DNA of 64,000 nucleotides, from NCBI GenBank assembly GCA_045567955.1, contig JBJLBX010000018.1, positions 9,292 to 73,291 on the forward strand, written 5' to 3'. Each line of letters opens with the position of its first letter. Position 1 is the stretch's first letter. The notes beneath the pieces are model-generated. The model saw only the letters and a list, made by a program, of their open reading frames with translations. It did not search any database and was not told where the DNA came from. A program made the position numbers and the translations under genes. Positions 49,148 to 61,566 of this stretch are shown here, piece by piece. This DNA is from Candidatus Poseidoniales archaeon. GTDB taxonomy: Archaea > Thermoplasmatota > Poseidoniia > MGIII > CG-Epi1.

Positions 49148-50701
49148 ATGGAAAAAACACAGAACTGGGCAATCGCACTCCTTTTAGTCTTAATGTGTTT
49201 TAGTGGTTGTCTAGGCGATAGTGACAATGATGTTCCAAATAAAGCACCGGAAGCTCGTATTCTAAAACCGAGTCAAGGTGATAATTTTGAGGTAGGTGAA
49301 TTTTTTACAATAGATGGTTCACTTTCTTCTGATCCTGAAGGTGATGAACTACAATACATGTGGACTTTATCTGGATTAGGTAGTCCTATTGATTTGAGTA
49401 CCAAAATGAGTGATTCTGTTATGGTAGACTCACCTGGTGATGATTTAGTTTTAACATTAATGGTAAAAGATTCGGGAGGATTAACGAGTCAAGATATTGT
49501 TGTAATCAGTATTGAACCTGGAAATAGGCCTCCAGTTGCATCAATAATTACTCCATCTAATGGAGGCTCTTATTCTAAAGGAAATGAAGTCACTTTTAAT
49601 GGAATGTCAAGTAGTGATGCTGACAATGACCCATTGACTTATGTTTGGGAGTTAGGAGAAGCTGGTGAACCAACATATAAAGCATCAACTGAAAGCAAAT
49701 TTTCCTTAGATTTAGGAGAAGGTGATTGGAGTGTAACTCTAACAGTAACGGATCCAGATGGTGAAAGTAATTTTGTCAAACATTCTTTTTCAGTAACTGA
49801 TTTGCCACCTGTAGCAAAAATTAATATAGATAAAACCTCAGCTTTTACAGATGAACTTATTCAATTCTCAGGTGAAGACTCTTACGATCCTGAAGGTGAA
49901 GCTTTAGATTTTCTTTGGGACTTTGGTGATAACAAAACTTCCTCACTGAAATCACCTCAGCACAGCTGGACTGATGCAGGAACTTACCAAGTTACTCTCA
50001 CCGTAATGGCTGAAAATCAAGAAGGAACTGAAACTAAAAATATTGAAATAAAATCGTTAGGTCCAATTGCTGAATTAGAATTCAAAGATGATAGTGGAAG
50101 TACTGTTGAAAAAATTAGAGCAAATACAAATATTACACTAGATGCAAGTGAATCTAGCGGGCCTGATGGCGAAATTAAAGAATACAAATGGGACTTTGGT
50201 GATGGTGTGGATCGGACCACAAATGAATCTACTACTGATTACTCATGGTCAGCTGGTGGATACTACAATGTAACACTAATAATCATTGATGAAAATGATA
50301 AAACTGGGGAAATAACAAAAATATTGCAAGTTGTCCCAGAAGACTATTCTGATGAAGGGCAGGATGGATCTCCAGTAGCTCAAGATGCTGAGTTTGATTA
50401 TAACCTCAATGTAGAAATTTTTGTAACAATAATAGAAATTGAATTTAGTGAAATAAGTTGTATTGGTATTGGTGGCGCTCTTGACTACGCAATTACCGTT
50501 ACTGATCCTAGTGGAAATGAAGTTGGAAGTGGAAATGGAAATATTGCTTGTGGAGAATCTGCTAGTTGGGATTTAAATCTTGATTCACAAACTAATATAA
50601 TCGAATTGGGAGATTACCAAACTACTATAGCATTTACTAATTCAGGAACACCAGTTCAAGTAAGTTGGAACTATAAATTCGTAATAATCTACGAATTCTA
50701 G
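49148..50701 (+). CDS. multi-PKD-domain lipoprotein
   Basis: Lipobox CFSGC and four PKD-like repeats (S.DPEG, WDFGD, VTLTV). Confidence 0.88.
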   Translation: MEKTQNWAIALLLVLMCFSGCLGDSDNDVPNKAPEARILKPSQGDNFEVGEFFTIDGSLSSDPEGDELQYMWTLSGLGSPIDLSTKMSDSVMVDSPGDDLVLTLMVKDSGGLTSQDIVVISIEPGNRPPVASIITPSNGGSYSKGNEVTFNGMSSSDADNDPLTYVWELGEAGEPTYKASTESKFSLDLGEGDWSVTLTVTDPDGESNFVKHSFSVTDLPPVAKINIDKTSAFTDELIQFSGEDSYDPEGEALDFLWDFGDNKTSSLKSPQHSWTDAGTYQVTLTVMAENQEGTETKNIEIKSLGPIAELEFKDDSGSTVEKIRANTNITLDASESSGPDGEIKEYKWDFGDGVDRTTNESTTDYSWSAGGYYNVTLIIIDENDKTGEITKILQVVPEDYSDEGQDGSPVAQDAEFDYNLNVEIFVTIIEIEFSEISCIGIGGALDYAITVTDPSGNEVGSGNGNIACGESASWDLNLDSQTNIIELGDYQTTIAFTNSGTPVQVSWNYKFVIIYEF

Positions 50702-51384
50702 ATTTCTATAGAAAAGGAAATACTATTACTCTTCTTTTTTAATAAATCACTAAGTTTTACTATTTTAGGATTTAAACTTTCCAATTTTTTAGCCATTCCT
50801 TCAACGTGTCCTTCACCAACTACAGCTACTATTTTGTCTATCTCTTTTTTTTTAAAAAGTTTAACAATATTAGTTGACATGTAAGTATCTCTTCTATCTA
50901 TTAATTGTCTTTTTATAGAAGGATAGCGTGCAGAAAACTCTTCTAATTCATTCGAAAAATCTCCTGTTTGAATACTATTGCTTAAACTGAAATCCCCACC
51001 TCCAACCAGAGAAAGGAGACCATCACCAATTATTTTCCAAAGTTCCTGCCAAGGCATATTCTTCCATGCTCCCTGCAATGTTGGAAGTATAGGTTTATCA
51101 ATCAAAGCTAAATTAGCTCCAATCAAACTAGCTACCTTACCTGCTACTAACATCTCAGCCCCTGGAGAACTACCAAAACTTTCTCCTAAATATTGCTGAA
51201 AACGTGATAAAATTCTAACATAAAAAGGACCTCCCGTTGGTTTGAGATTTGATCTAAGGGCATGCCATCTTTGCCTATCTAACTCAATAGCGACTAAATC
51301 AGGGTTGAATTCTCTTACATACGATTCAATAGGCAATGATAAATCAATTACATGGGCAGTACCAATAATCATAAGCTCAGGCAT
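50698..51384 (-). CDS. TraB/PrgY family protein
   Basis: Motifs IIGTAHV, AIELD..R, PGAEM, LIDRRD.YM and VVGEGH. Confidence 0.9.
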   Translation of the reverse strand: MPELMIIGTAHVIDLSLPIESYVREFNPDLVAIELDRQRWHALRSNLKPTGGPFYVRILSRFQQYLGESFGSSPGAEMLVAGKVASLIGANLALIDKPILPTLQGAWKNMPWQELWKIIGDGLLSLVGGGDFSLSNSIQTGDFSNELEEFSARYPSIKRQLIDRRDTYMSTNIVKLFKKKEIDKIVAVVGEGHVEGMAKKLESLNPKIVKLSDLLKKKSNSISFSIEI

Positions 51385-51450
51385 TAACTAAGGAAATACG
51401 TGTATGTAAAAGGGTTAACTTAATTAAATGACTTTATTATCATCTAAATA

Positions 51451-51657
51451 ATGTTTAGTTCAAAAAATAATGATCCGGATGCGCCTTCAAAATGTCCACA
51501 TTGTACTAAAGAAATTGGTGTTGAAGGAAATACATATCGATTTCAAGTTGTAGATTTTACTGCTGGAGGAGAAGGAAATAATCAGAGAAATGCTGGGAGA
51601 GTTATCGCAGTATCGTGCTCACAATGCAGAATTGTTATGGGCTTTGTTAACCAATAG
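51451..51657 (+). CDS. small Cys4 zinc-finger protein
   Basis: 68 aa with CPHC...CSQC. Confidence 0.65.
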   Translation: MFSSKNNDPDAPSKCPHCTKEIGVEGNTYRFQVVDFTAGGEGNNQRNAGRVIAVSCSQCRIVMGFVNQ

Positions 51658-52573
51658 AAAATAAATCTAAAAATATAATAAAAAAGAATAATGTAGCAAT
51701 AGCTTCTAAAGTTGCTAAAATTATCGAGCCCTTAGCTACAGTGTGATAGCTCGGTTTTGAATTTATAGGTAAAAAAATATAGTGTACAATTATTTCTAAT
51801 ATTAATAACCATCCAGTCCACACTAAAAGTTTGTAATTCCATGGGAAAATTTCATAAAAACCTGAAAATAAAAGAGAACTAGCGCCAAATATAGTAAAAA
51901 TCCATGAAAGGCGCATCGTATTTACGGCCCCAAATAAGGTCGCAAACGTTTCAATTCCAGATTTTCGATCGAAATTTACATCAACTGCCATAGTTGGACA
52001 ATAGAGAGCTAAGAGATAACAAAATATTGCAAAAAAATAAAGTTTAGGAAACTCAAGAATAGGTTGATTTATTGACCAAGCTGATAATGGAATTAGAAAA
52101 CCTAAACTCAAACCATTGCTAGCTAAATCAAGGCCTGGCTTAGTTTTAAAACGAAAAGGCTCGACGTTATATACAAATGAAATTACCGTAAGGCCTACTA
52201 TACAATACAAAAATTCTATGTTAAATCTAAAAGACATAAGTAAACAAGTAATTTGTAAAAACCAGAAAATATACCAAGCACTTCTAATACTAATTTTTCC
52301 ACGAACTAGTAAACTAAATTCTTTCCTAGGATTTTTTTTATCAAACTCCAGATCACAAATATGATTTAAAATAAAAGTTGATGATGTGAGACATGCAATA
52401 ATTACAAATCCATAGAAAAGATCAAATCCAAAAAGTTCCCGTGCTCCAACAACATAACCTATAAAAAAAGGAGTAAAACCAACCATCCAAAATTCAAAAC
52501 CAATAAATCTTAACCATGTTAATTGAGGAAATAATTTATTTGAAATTAAACGTGAAAAGATTTGATTTGACAT
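51647..52573 (-). CDS. UbiA-superfamily prenyltransferase (LyeJ/CrtEb-like)
   Basis: Motifs NHICD...D.KNPRK, Y...PFRFKTKPGLDLASNG and D...DRKSGI.T.AT. Confidence 0.85.
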   Translation of the reverse strand: MSNQIFSRLISNKLFPQLTWLRFIGFEFWMVGFTPFFIGYVVGARELFGFDLFYGFVIIACLTSSTFILNHICDLEFDKKNPRKEFSLLVRGKISIRSAWYIFWFLQITCLLMSFRFNIEFLYCIVGLTVISFVYNVEPFRFKTKPGLDLASNGLSLGFLIPLSAWSINQPILEFPKLYFFAIFCYLLALYCPTMAVDVNFDRKSGIETFATLFGAVNTMRLSWIFTIFGASSLLFSGFYEIFPWNYKLLVWTGWLLILEIIVHYIFLPINSKPSYHTVAKGSIILATLEAIATLFFFIIFLDLFSIG

Positions 52574-52638
52574 TTTTAAACTAGACTCATCTTTAGGTAT
52601 GAGCCCAAGCTTAATAGCTTTAGCCGGGATGATAAAAC

Positions 52639-55643
<3,005 letters not shown>

Positions 55644-55718
55644 TTAGATACAATTGGAAAGGGGGTTTTAAGTGTGCCCCACATAAGGTTCCTTTATCGT
55701 CTATTAAATTGATTAAAT

Positions 55719-56282
55719 TTACAAAGTTTTTCGCCCAGGTCTCCACCCTGCTGGACACACTTGGCCTGACTGTAAAGCTTGTAATGTTCTAACTACTTCA
55801 TCTATATTTCTACCAATATATGGAGGGTTAATTGATAATGAACGCAAATTACCTTCATCATCTATGATAAATGTACCCCGTAATGCCAACCCTGCTTCAT
55901 TATCAAGAACACCATAAGAACTAGAAATTTTCAAAGAAGGATCTGCTAAAAGTGAATACGATAATTTGTCGATGCCTCCTTTTGTACGAGGTTTTTCCAT
56001 CCATGCCTTATGACTATTTCGAGAATCTGTCGAACAACCAATTAATACTGCATTAGCTTTCTCAAAATCTTTGAAACGACGATTAAAAGAATGTATTTCT
56101 GTAGGGCATAAACTTGAAAAGTCTCGCGGATAAAAGAAAAGAACAGTCCATTGCTTATCTGAAATTATTTTAACAAGTGATATTTTATCATATACTACCT
56201 TTTTCTTACGGGAATCGTATTTCACAATATCTCCCTCAAACAAAGGAGCTGATTTACCTATTCTTAAAATCGTTGCTGACAA
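55719..56282 (-). CDS. 2-Cys peroxiredoxin (AhpC/Prx1)
   Basis: Peroxidatic FYPRDFSSLCPTE, GRN.DE and resolving VCPAGW. Confidence 0.92.
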   Translation of the reverse strand: MSATILRIGKSAPLFEGDIVKYDSRKKKVVYDKISLVKIISDKQWTVLFFYPRDFSSLCPTEIHSFNRRFKDFEKANAVLIGCSTDSRNSHKAWMEKPRTKGGIDKLSYSLLADPSLKISSSYGVLDNEAGLALRGTFIIDDEGNLRSLSINPPYIGRNIDEVVRTLQALQSGQVCPAGWRPGRKTL

Positions 56283-56378
56283 AATTAACTACCTCTCTCC
56301 TAATTTAGCCAAAATGTATAAAGTTTTGGTTATTTAATTACATACCCTAGGCTGGAAAATAACAAATTATAAGTAAAA

Positions 56379-57443
56379 TCAATCAAAAAAAGAGATTACG
56401 GCTTCGATTACCGTAAAAACATCTTTATCTGTTAATGCCGGATGTACTGGTAAACTCAATGCTTTCTCAGTAAGTACTTGTGCACGAGGACATTCTGTCG
56501 AATACTGAGACATAGGTTCGTAATTGAATAGTAACGTGGGGTAGTATGTTCCTGAACCAACCCCTTTACCTTGTAAATGTTCTCTTAATTTATCTCTATT
56601 ATTGCTCAATATAGTGTACTGATGGAAGACATGTCCACGTCGGTTTTCAGGAACTTGAACATATTTTGACAAATGTTCATTATAAAGCATAGCAATTTCC
56701 CGACGACGATTAGTGAACTCTGTCAAGCGCTTTAATTGAACTCTACCTATTGCGGCAGAAATGTCAGTCATTCGATAATTGTAACCAAATTCTGTATGCT
56801 GATATTGAGCGCTCATACCATGCGCTCGTAAAATTTTACATCTATCAGCCATGTCTTTGTTATTAGTAGTAATCATACCGCCCTCTGAAGTTGTCATATT
56901 CTTAGTTGGATAAAAACTAAACCAACCAGCATCTCCAAAGCTTCCAGCCTTACCTCCCCAGTTTTCTGCACAATGAGATTGTGCTGAATCTTCTATTAAT
57001 AATAAATTATTATCTTTCGCTATTTTAGAAATTTTAGGAATATTTGCTAATTCTCCATATAAATGAACTGGATGTATTGCCTTAGTTTTATCAGTAATTA
57101 CAGATTCAATTCCATCTGGATTCAAACAAAAACCATTTTTTTCAACGTCAATAAAAATAGGTTTAGCTCCAACCATCATTACGACTGAAGCTGTAGCGAA
57201 AAAAGTGAAAGGCGTCGTAATTACCTCATCACCAGGACCAATGTTATTTGCAATCATAACCAAATGACCTGCTGTAGTTCCATTACTTGTGGCAACTGCA
57301 TATTTCACACCACACATTTCTGCAAATTCAGCTTCAAATTTAGCAACTTCTGGACCTTGCGCAATAATTCCAGATCGAAGAACCTTATCAACTGCAGCTC
57401 TTTCTTCCTCACCTATCAAAGGATTGGCTATTGATATCATCAT
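56379..57443 (-). CDS. DegT/DnrJ/EryC1/StrS sugar aminotransferase
   Basis: Motifs NGT.A, PVHLYG, EDSAQ, SFYPTKN..EGG and GYNYRM. Confidence 0.93.
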   Translation of the reverse strand: MMISIANPLIGEEERAAVDKVLRSGIIAQGPEVAKFEAEFAEMCGVKYAVATSNGTTAGHLVMIANNIGPGDEVITTPFTFFATASVVMMVGAKPIFIDVEKNGFCLNPDGIESVITDKTKAIHPVHLYGELANIPKISKIAKDNNLLLIEDSAQSHCAENWGGKAGSFGDAGWFSFYPTKNMTTSEGGMITTNNKDMADRCKILRAHGMSAQYQHTEFGYNYRMTDISAAIGRVQLKRLTEFTNRRREIAMLYNEHLSKYVQVPENRRGHVFHQYTILSNNRDKLREHLQGKGVGSGTYYPTLLFNYEPMSQYSTECPRAQVLTEKALSLPVHPALTDKDVFTVIEAVISFFD

Positions 57444-57488
57444 TTGCTGATTGGAAAGGTATTAAAAACAGTGTCTGAATATTAATTT

Positions 57489-58085
57489 ATGTTCACCGAC
57501 ACAAACTGGAAAGCAGCAGGTGCCGAATTAATGGGTACCTTTTTCTTGGTTTTCTTTGGAGTAACTACATTTATTTCCATGAGTGGAAATGATATGCTAC
57601 TTGAAGGGACTATTACATTGGGTCTCACTTTATTTGTATTAGTTCATATTCTTGGCCCTGTTTCAGGTTGTCATCTGAATCCAGTTATAACTATTCCAAT
57701 ATTCATTTCGGGAAAAATGAAACAAGATGATACTATTGCTTATATTATGGCTCAGATTTTTGGAGCGACGCTCGGTTTTGTATTGTTTAAAGAATTGAGA
57801 CCAGAAACAAATTCTTCAGATATTGACATCCTGATAATTGCATTAGTTGGAACTACTTTCTTTGTTGCTTCACTTCTAACGTCACAAGATCCGGCTTCAA
57901 TAGGTGCAACATTATTTGTTGTTACTATAACTGCTTTCGGAGATGTAAATCCTGGTGTTTCACTTGGAAACATGATTGCATTAGCAATTGATGGAAATGC
58001 AAATTGGGCATTCTATGGAATTATAGGTTCACTAATAGGATGTGGACTGGGGTATTCTGTAAAAGAAAATATTATAGATGATTAA
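57489..58085 (+). CDS. MIP/aquaporin family channel with non-canonical motifs
   Basis: Motifs AELMGTF, SGCHLNPV, YIMAQ.FGA and NPGVS. Confidence 0.85.
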   Translation: MFTDTNWKAAGAELMGTFFLVFFGVTTFISMSGNDMLLEGTITLGLTLFVLVHILGPVSGCHLNPVITIPIFISGKMKQDDTIAYIMAQIFGATLGFVLFKELRPETNSSDIDILIIALVGTTFFVASLLTSQDPASIGATLFVVTITAFGDVNPGVSLGNMIALAIDGNANWAFYGIIGSLIGCGLGYSVKENIIDD

Positions 58086-58089
58086 ATTA

Positions 58090-58500
58090 TCACAATAATT
58101 GAGTTACTTCTTCAACTGAACGAAGTTCTTGGAAATATATTTGTTCTATTGAATCATACATCTCTTCATCATCTTTAATTAAAGCTAATACTACTTCATA
58201 ACCTGCAGCTGCTTTCTTTTCTGTTTTAAGTGATTCGGCCAACATTAACTTGTAATCGGTAGTATGTACTATCTCGGTAGGGTCTCTATCGGTTACGGCC
58301 ACTCCGCCCAGTTTAACGATTGCAGATCTCACTGCATCTGCATGTGTATGAGATTCACTTGCTTCTTCATCAAAAAATGGTTTGAGGTGAAGTCTATTTA
58401 TTCCTCTTATATATGCTGAATAGTGTGAATAAAGTGCTGCAGCTCGCAATTCCCATGCAAGGCCACCGTTAAGTTTCTCAATCAATTCTGAGTTTGACAT
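58090..58500 (-). CDS. ferritin-like (bacterioferritin-like) protein
   Basis: Motifs E..A..Y, EEASE..HA, LGG and E..A..Y...E forming a diiron four-helix pattern. Confidence 0.85.
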   Translation of the reverse strand: MSNSELIEKLNGGLAWELRAAALYSHYSAYIRGINRLHLKPFFDEEASESHTHADAVRSAIVKLGGVAVTDRDPTEIVHTTDYKLMLAESLKTEKKAAAGYEVVLALIKDDEEMYDSIEQIYFQELRSVEEVTQLL

Positions 58501-58538
58501 AAATGAGGATAATTAGTCTGGTTAAAAAAACTTAACTT

Positions 58539-59015
58539 TTAACGTGGTTGTACTGATAAAGTAGCTGTTTTAGTCATAACAATTTTTTGCTTATCTTCGA
58601 ATGAAGAATTATTAACAATTGAAGAAGCTAAATTAATATTAGAATAATCAAAAATCTGACCTGAGATAATTGAAGCATCTGCTTCTATCATGTCAAATAA
58701 TTCTAAAGGAGGATCGCCGAATGAAACCCAAGCAATAGACTTTGTATTTTCATGAATACCCCCTATTTCTATTGCCTTGGAAATTTGTCTTTGAAAAGTT
58801 AAATACAGTAAAACTTCGGTAGATCTTTCTTTAGATAAATTATAATTGCCATTATGTGCATTATCTGCAAGAAAAGCTGCTTGTTTAAGGTGGAGTAAAC
58901 CACAAACGCATTGTGGATTAATTATGGCAAAATTTGGACCAATAAGTGACTTGATTTTGCCAATATCTTGTATGCGCAATTTACCGCTACCTACTGCTAT
59001 TTCCACAAGACTCAT
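58539..59015 (-). CDS. cgi121: KEOPS complex subunit Cgi121
   Basis: Motifs HL..AA..A and E.LLY....RQISKAI..GG. Confidence 0.85.
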   Translation of the reverse strand: MSLVEIAVGSGKLRIQDIGKIKSLIGPNFAIINPQCVCGLLHLKQAAFLADNAHNGNYNLSKERSTEVLLYLTFQRQISKAIEIGGIHENTKSIAWVSFGDPPLELFDMIEADASIISGQIFDYSNINLASSIVNNSSFEDKQKIVMTKTATLSVQPR

Positions 59016-59070
59016 TCGACAGAGCAGATTATATAATAGGTAGCGTGGTCATTATTTAGGAGTAATTGAG

Positions 59071-59775
59071 ATGGATCTTGAAAACGAAGAAAAATTTGCT
59101 CAAATAGAAAGCAGCTTGGGCCTTGAACAACAAAGGTTAGAGAAACTTTGGGATGCGTATGAACAACAAGAAAAAGATTTGAATGCTGCATTGGATCGTA
59201 TTAATTTCTTAGAGGCTGATATAGAAACAAAACAAACTATGATTACTTCTCTGCAAGAATTACTAACAGAAAGAGATACAAAACTCCGTGAAATGGAAAT
59301 TGAAAGACAACGGCAAGGAAAAGTTGAAGCTGAATATGAACCTCGGATTAAAGTAATGGAAGATACTATGAAAGATCAAACTGAAAAATATGATCGACTC
59401 TTATCAATAACACAAGAAATGGAAGATGAATTAGATTTAGCCAGAAAATCATTGCATGCTAGAGATAGTTGGTTTAATCTTAATGTCAGTAGCTTAGAAT
59501 CAATATCAGAAGTTATCAAAGAATGGAGAAGTATTCAAGCTGGAAAATTCCCTGCAGTTGGTAAAGCTAGTGGACCTGGTGGTGGAAAAGCTGAATTCGT
59601 TGAAGCTGTATCAAAAATTAAAGGGCTAGGAACAATAAAAGCTGAGAATCTGTATGATTCTGGTTTCCATACTATTGATAATTTAAAAGCTGCAAGTCTT
59701 GAAGATATTTCAAGTGTTATAGGATTTACAAAACTCAGTGCTAGTAAAGTAGTAACTGGAGCAAAAGATCTTTAG
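59071..59775 (+). CDS. coiled-coil protein with C-terminal tandem helix-hairpin-helix domain
   Basis: Heptad-rich E/L/Q/K region, then IKGLG.IKAENLYDSGF and VIGF..LSA. Confidence 0.8.
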   Translation: MDLENEEKFAQIESSLGLEQQRLEKLWDAYEQQEKDLNAALDRINFLEADIETKQTMITSLQELLTERDTKLREMEIERQRQGKVEAEYEPRIKVMEDTMKDQTEKYDRLLSITQEMEDELDLARKSLHARDSWFNLNVSSLESISEVIKEWRSIQAGKFPAVGKASGPGGGKAEFVEAVSKIKGLGTIKAENLYDSGFHTIDNLKAASLEDISSVIGFTKLSASKVVTGAKDL

Positions 59776-60308
59776 ATTAGTAAAAAATTAGATATTATTT
59801 TCTCATTCCTAACTTCGGGATGAAAAGAAATACCAAATATATTTTTACTATTATGTTTAACAACCTGAAAACTAGTTTCACTTCTTGCTAATACTGAGAA
59901 ATTTTCTAATTTAGAAACTGAATTATTGTGTATGTTATATGCCTGAAAGACATCCTTACAAAGAGGGTTTTCTTTTATTGTTTTAACTTCTGTCATACCT
60001 ATCTCTATATTTTCAATTATTTCACTATTAAAAATAGAGCATACTATGTGCATTCCTGAACATATTCCAAGAATAGAACCTTGGAAATCATAAAAAAGTT
60101 TCCTGAAAATATCTAGGTCTTCAATATATGAATTATCTTTCAAAGAAGTTCCACAAATTATTATTTTGTCAAATTCGGAAATTTTACTAAGTGTACATTG
60201 TGTATAATGTAATATCTCATGATTATCTTCAATGACTTGAGAAATTGGAAGGATAAATTCTCTCTCACTTAATTTATTTTTACAAGTTGAAATCAAAAGT
60301 GTACTCAT
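59772..60308 (-). CDS. class I glutamine amidotransferase (stand-alone)
   Basis: Nucleophile elbow LGICSG and FHPE complete a Cys-His-Glu triad. Confidence 0.85.
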   Translation of the reverse strand: MSTLLISTCKNKLSEREFILPISQVIEDNHEILHYTQCTLSKISEFDKIIICGTSLKDNSYIEDLDIFRKLFYDFQGSILGICSGMHIVCSIFNSEIIENIEIGMTEVKTIKENPLCKDVFQAYNIHNNSVSKLENFSVLARSETSFQVVKHNSKNIFGISFHPEVRNEKIISNFLLI

Positions 60309-60979
60309 TCCAAAAAAGCCTCCTGAATTTCTAGACGTCCCGAATAATTAGAATAATGTTTTTGTGCTTTAGCAACAGATATTGATTTAGTAAATAAAGG
60401 TGCATTGACCACAAAAGATTCAATTTCACCTCCTTCGCCTGCTGGGTTTATTCTATGGCTCGATTCTAATTTTACTAAATCACCTATGCATTCTGGATCA
60501 ATAGGACGACCTAGCCAAGAATCATCGAACGGCTCTGCGGCAACTCCAGTTATAATTGATTCTATATTATTAGATAATAATTCTTGAAGAAGACCTCTTT
60601 GGGGCATTTGCCATAATGGATTAAAACACCATAAATCTAATTCATTACAAATTTTTTGAATTCTTGTAGATTGGTAAACTGATGCAAGAGCTCCTGTAAC
60701 AATTCCCTCTATTGAATATTTAGAAATTGCTGATTCAAATATCGTTCTTAAATCTTCCAATTCTTCTTCTTTGACACCACTTGTTTTCTTAGTAAGATGA
60801 TTGAACCCCATAGCTTCAGCCTGAAGCTTTGTCCACTCTATTGCAGGTGTATGAAACATCCAACTATCTTCTTTTTTTGATTCTAATGTTAAAAGGCACG
60901 TAATTTCATGCTCTTTTGAAGCATACTGAAGTGCAAGATATGAATCTTTACCTCCAGAAAATAAAACTGCTAACTTCAT
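60305..60979 (-). CDS. dph6: diphthine--ammonia ligase (Dph6 family PP-loop ATPase)
   Basis: Motifs LFSGGKDS, SWMFH, GALAS.YQ, PLW and P.GEGGE.ES.V. Confidence 0.9.
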   Translation of the reverse strand: MKLAVLFSGGKDSYLALQYASKEHEITCLLTLESKKEDSWMFHTPAIEWTKLQAEAMGFNHLTKKTSGVKEEELEDLRTIFESAISKYSIEGIVTGALASVYQSTRIQKICNELDLWCFNPLWQMPQRGLLQELLSNNIESIITGVAAEPFDDSWLGRPIDPECIGDLVKLESSHRINPAGEGGEIESFVVNAPLFTKSISVAKAQKHYSNYSGRLEIQEAFLE

Positions 60980-61566
60980 CTACGTTTCCTTTTAGCAATC
61001 AAGTAAACTTCACTAGATTGTTTTCTAGAAGCTTCAGGAGAAAGTGTTCGTACTGAACCAAACTCAGCTTTGACCGCTTTACGGAATTCTTGAAAATCAG
61101 AACCTTCAAAAACTTTGACTACGAAAGATTGGGCATTTCTTTCTGCGGCAATTTCGAGAGCTAAAGAAGATAACTCAACTGAACGTGCTTGATCTATTGA
61201 GTAAGTACCTGATAAATTAGGACTCATATCAGATATTACAACGTCTGCCTTAGGAATTAACTTTTGTAATTCTTCTCTAATATCCTTATCTCGAAGATCT
61301 CCTTGAATAAATGTAGCTCCTTTAAGAGGTAAAATATGCTGAAGGTCAACCCCAACAAGTTTACCCTCTTCTTCCATGAATTCTAAAGCTACTTGTGACC
61401 AACCGCCCGGTGCAGCACCCAAATCTAAAACAATACTACCTTTCTTGAAAATTTTACTTCGCTTTTGAATATCCATTAATTTGTATGCAGAACGTGCTCG
61501 ATATCCTTCTCGTCTAGCTTTTCTCTGAAAGGCATCACTACGGCCTTGTCGACCTTGTCCAGGCAT
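60976..61566 (-). CDS. rlmE: 23S rRNA Um2552 2'-O-methyltransferase
   Basis: Motifs GYRARSAYKL, DLGAAPGGWSQ, SDMSP, KVF and ASR..S.E.Y. Confidence 0.95.
   Translation of the reverse strand: MPGQGRQGRSDAFQRKARREGYRARSAYKLMDIQKRSKIFKKGSIVLDLGAAPGGWSQVALEFMEEEGKLVGVDLQHILPLKGATFIQGDLRDKDIREELQKLIPKADVVISDMSPNLSGTYSIDQARSVELSSLALEIAAERNAQSFVVKVFEGSDFQEFRKAVKAEFGSVRTLSPEASRKQSSEVYLIAKRKRR

Noticed and set aside
46150..50701. Genomic island integrated at tRNA-Gly
   Set aside because: I see no integrase and no duplicated tRNA 3' end, and the core gene aIF2-beta lies inside the region.
50698..51384. traB as evidence of conjugation
   Set aside because: The TraB/PrgY family is a common chromosomal archaeal protein, and no T4SS or relaxase genes are present.
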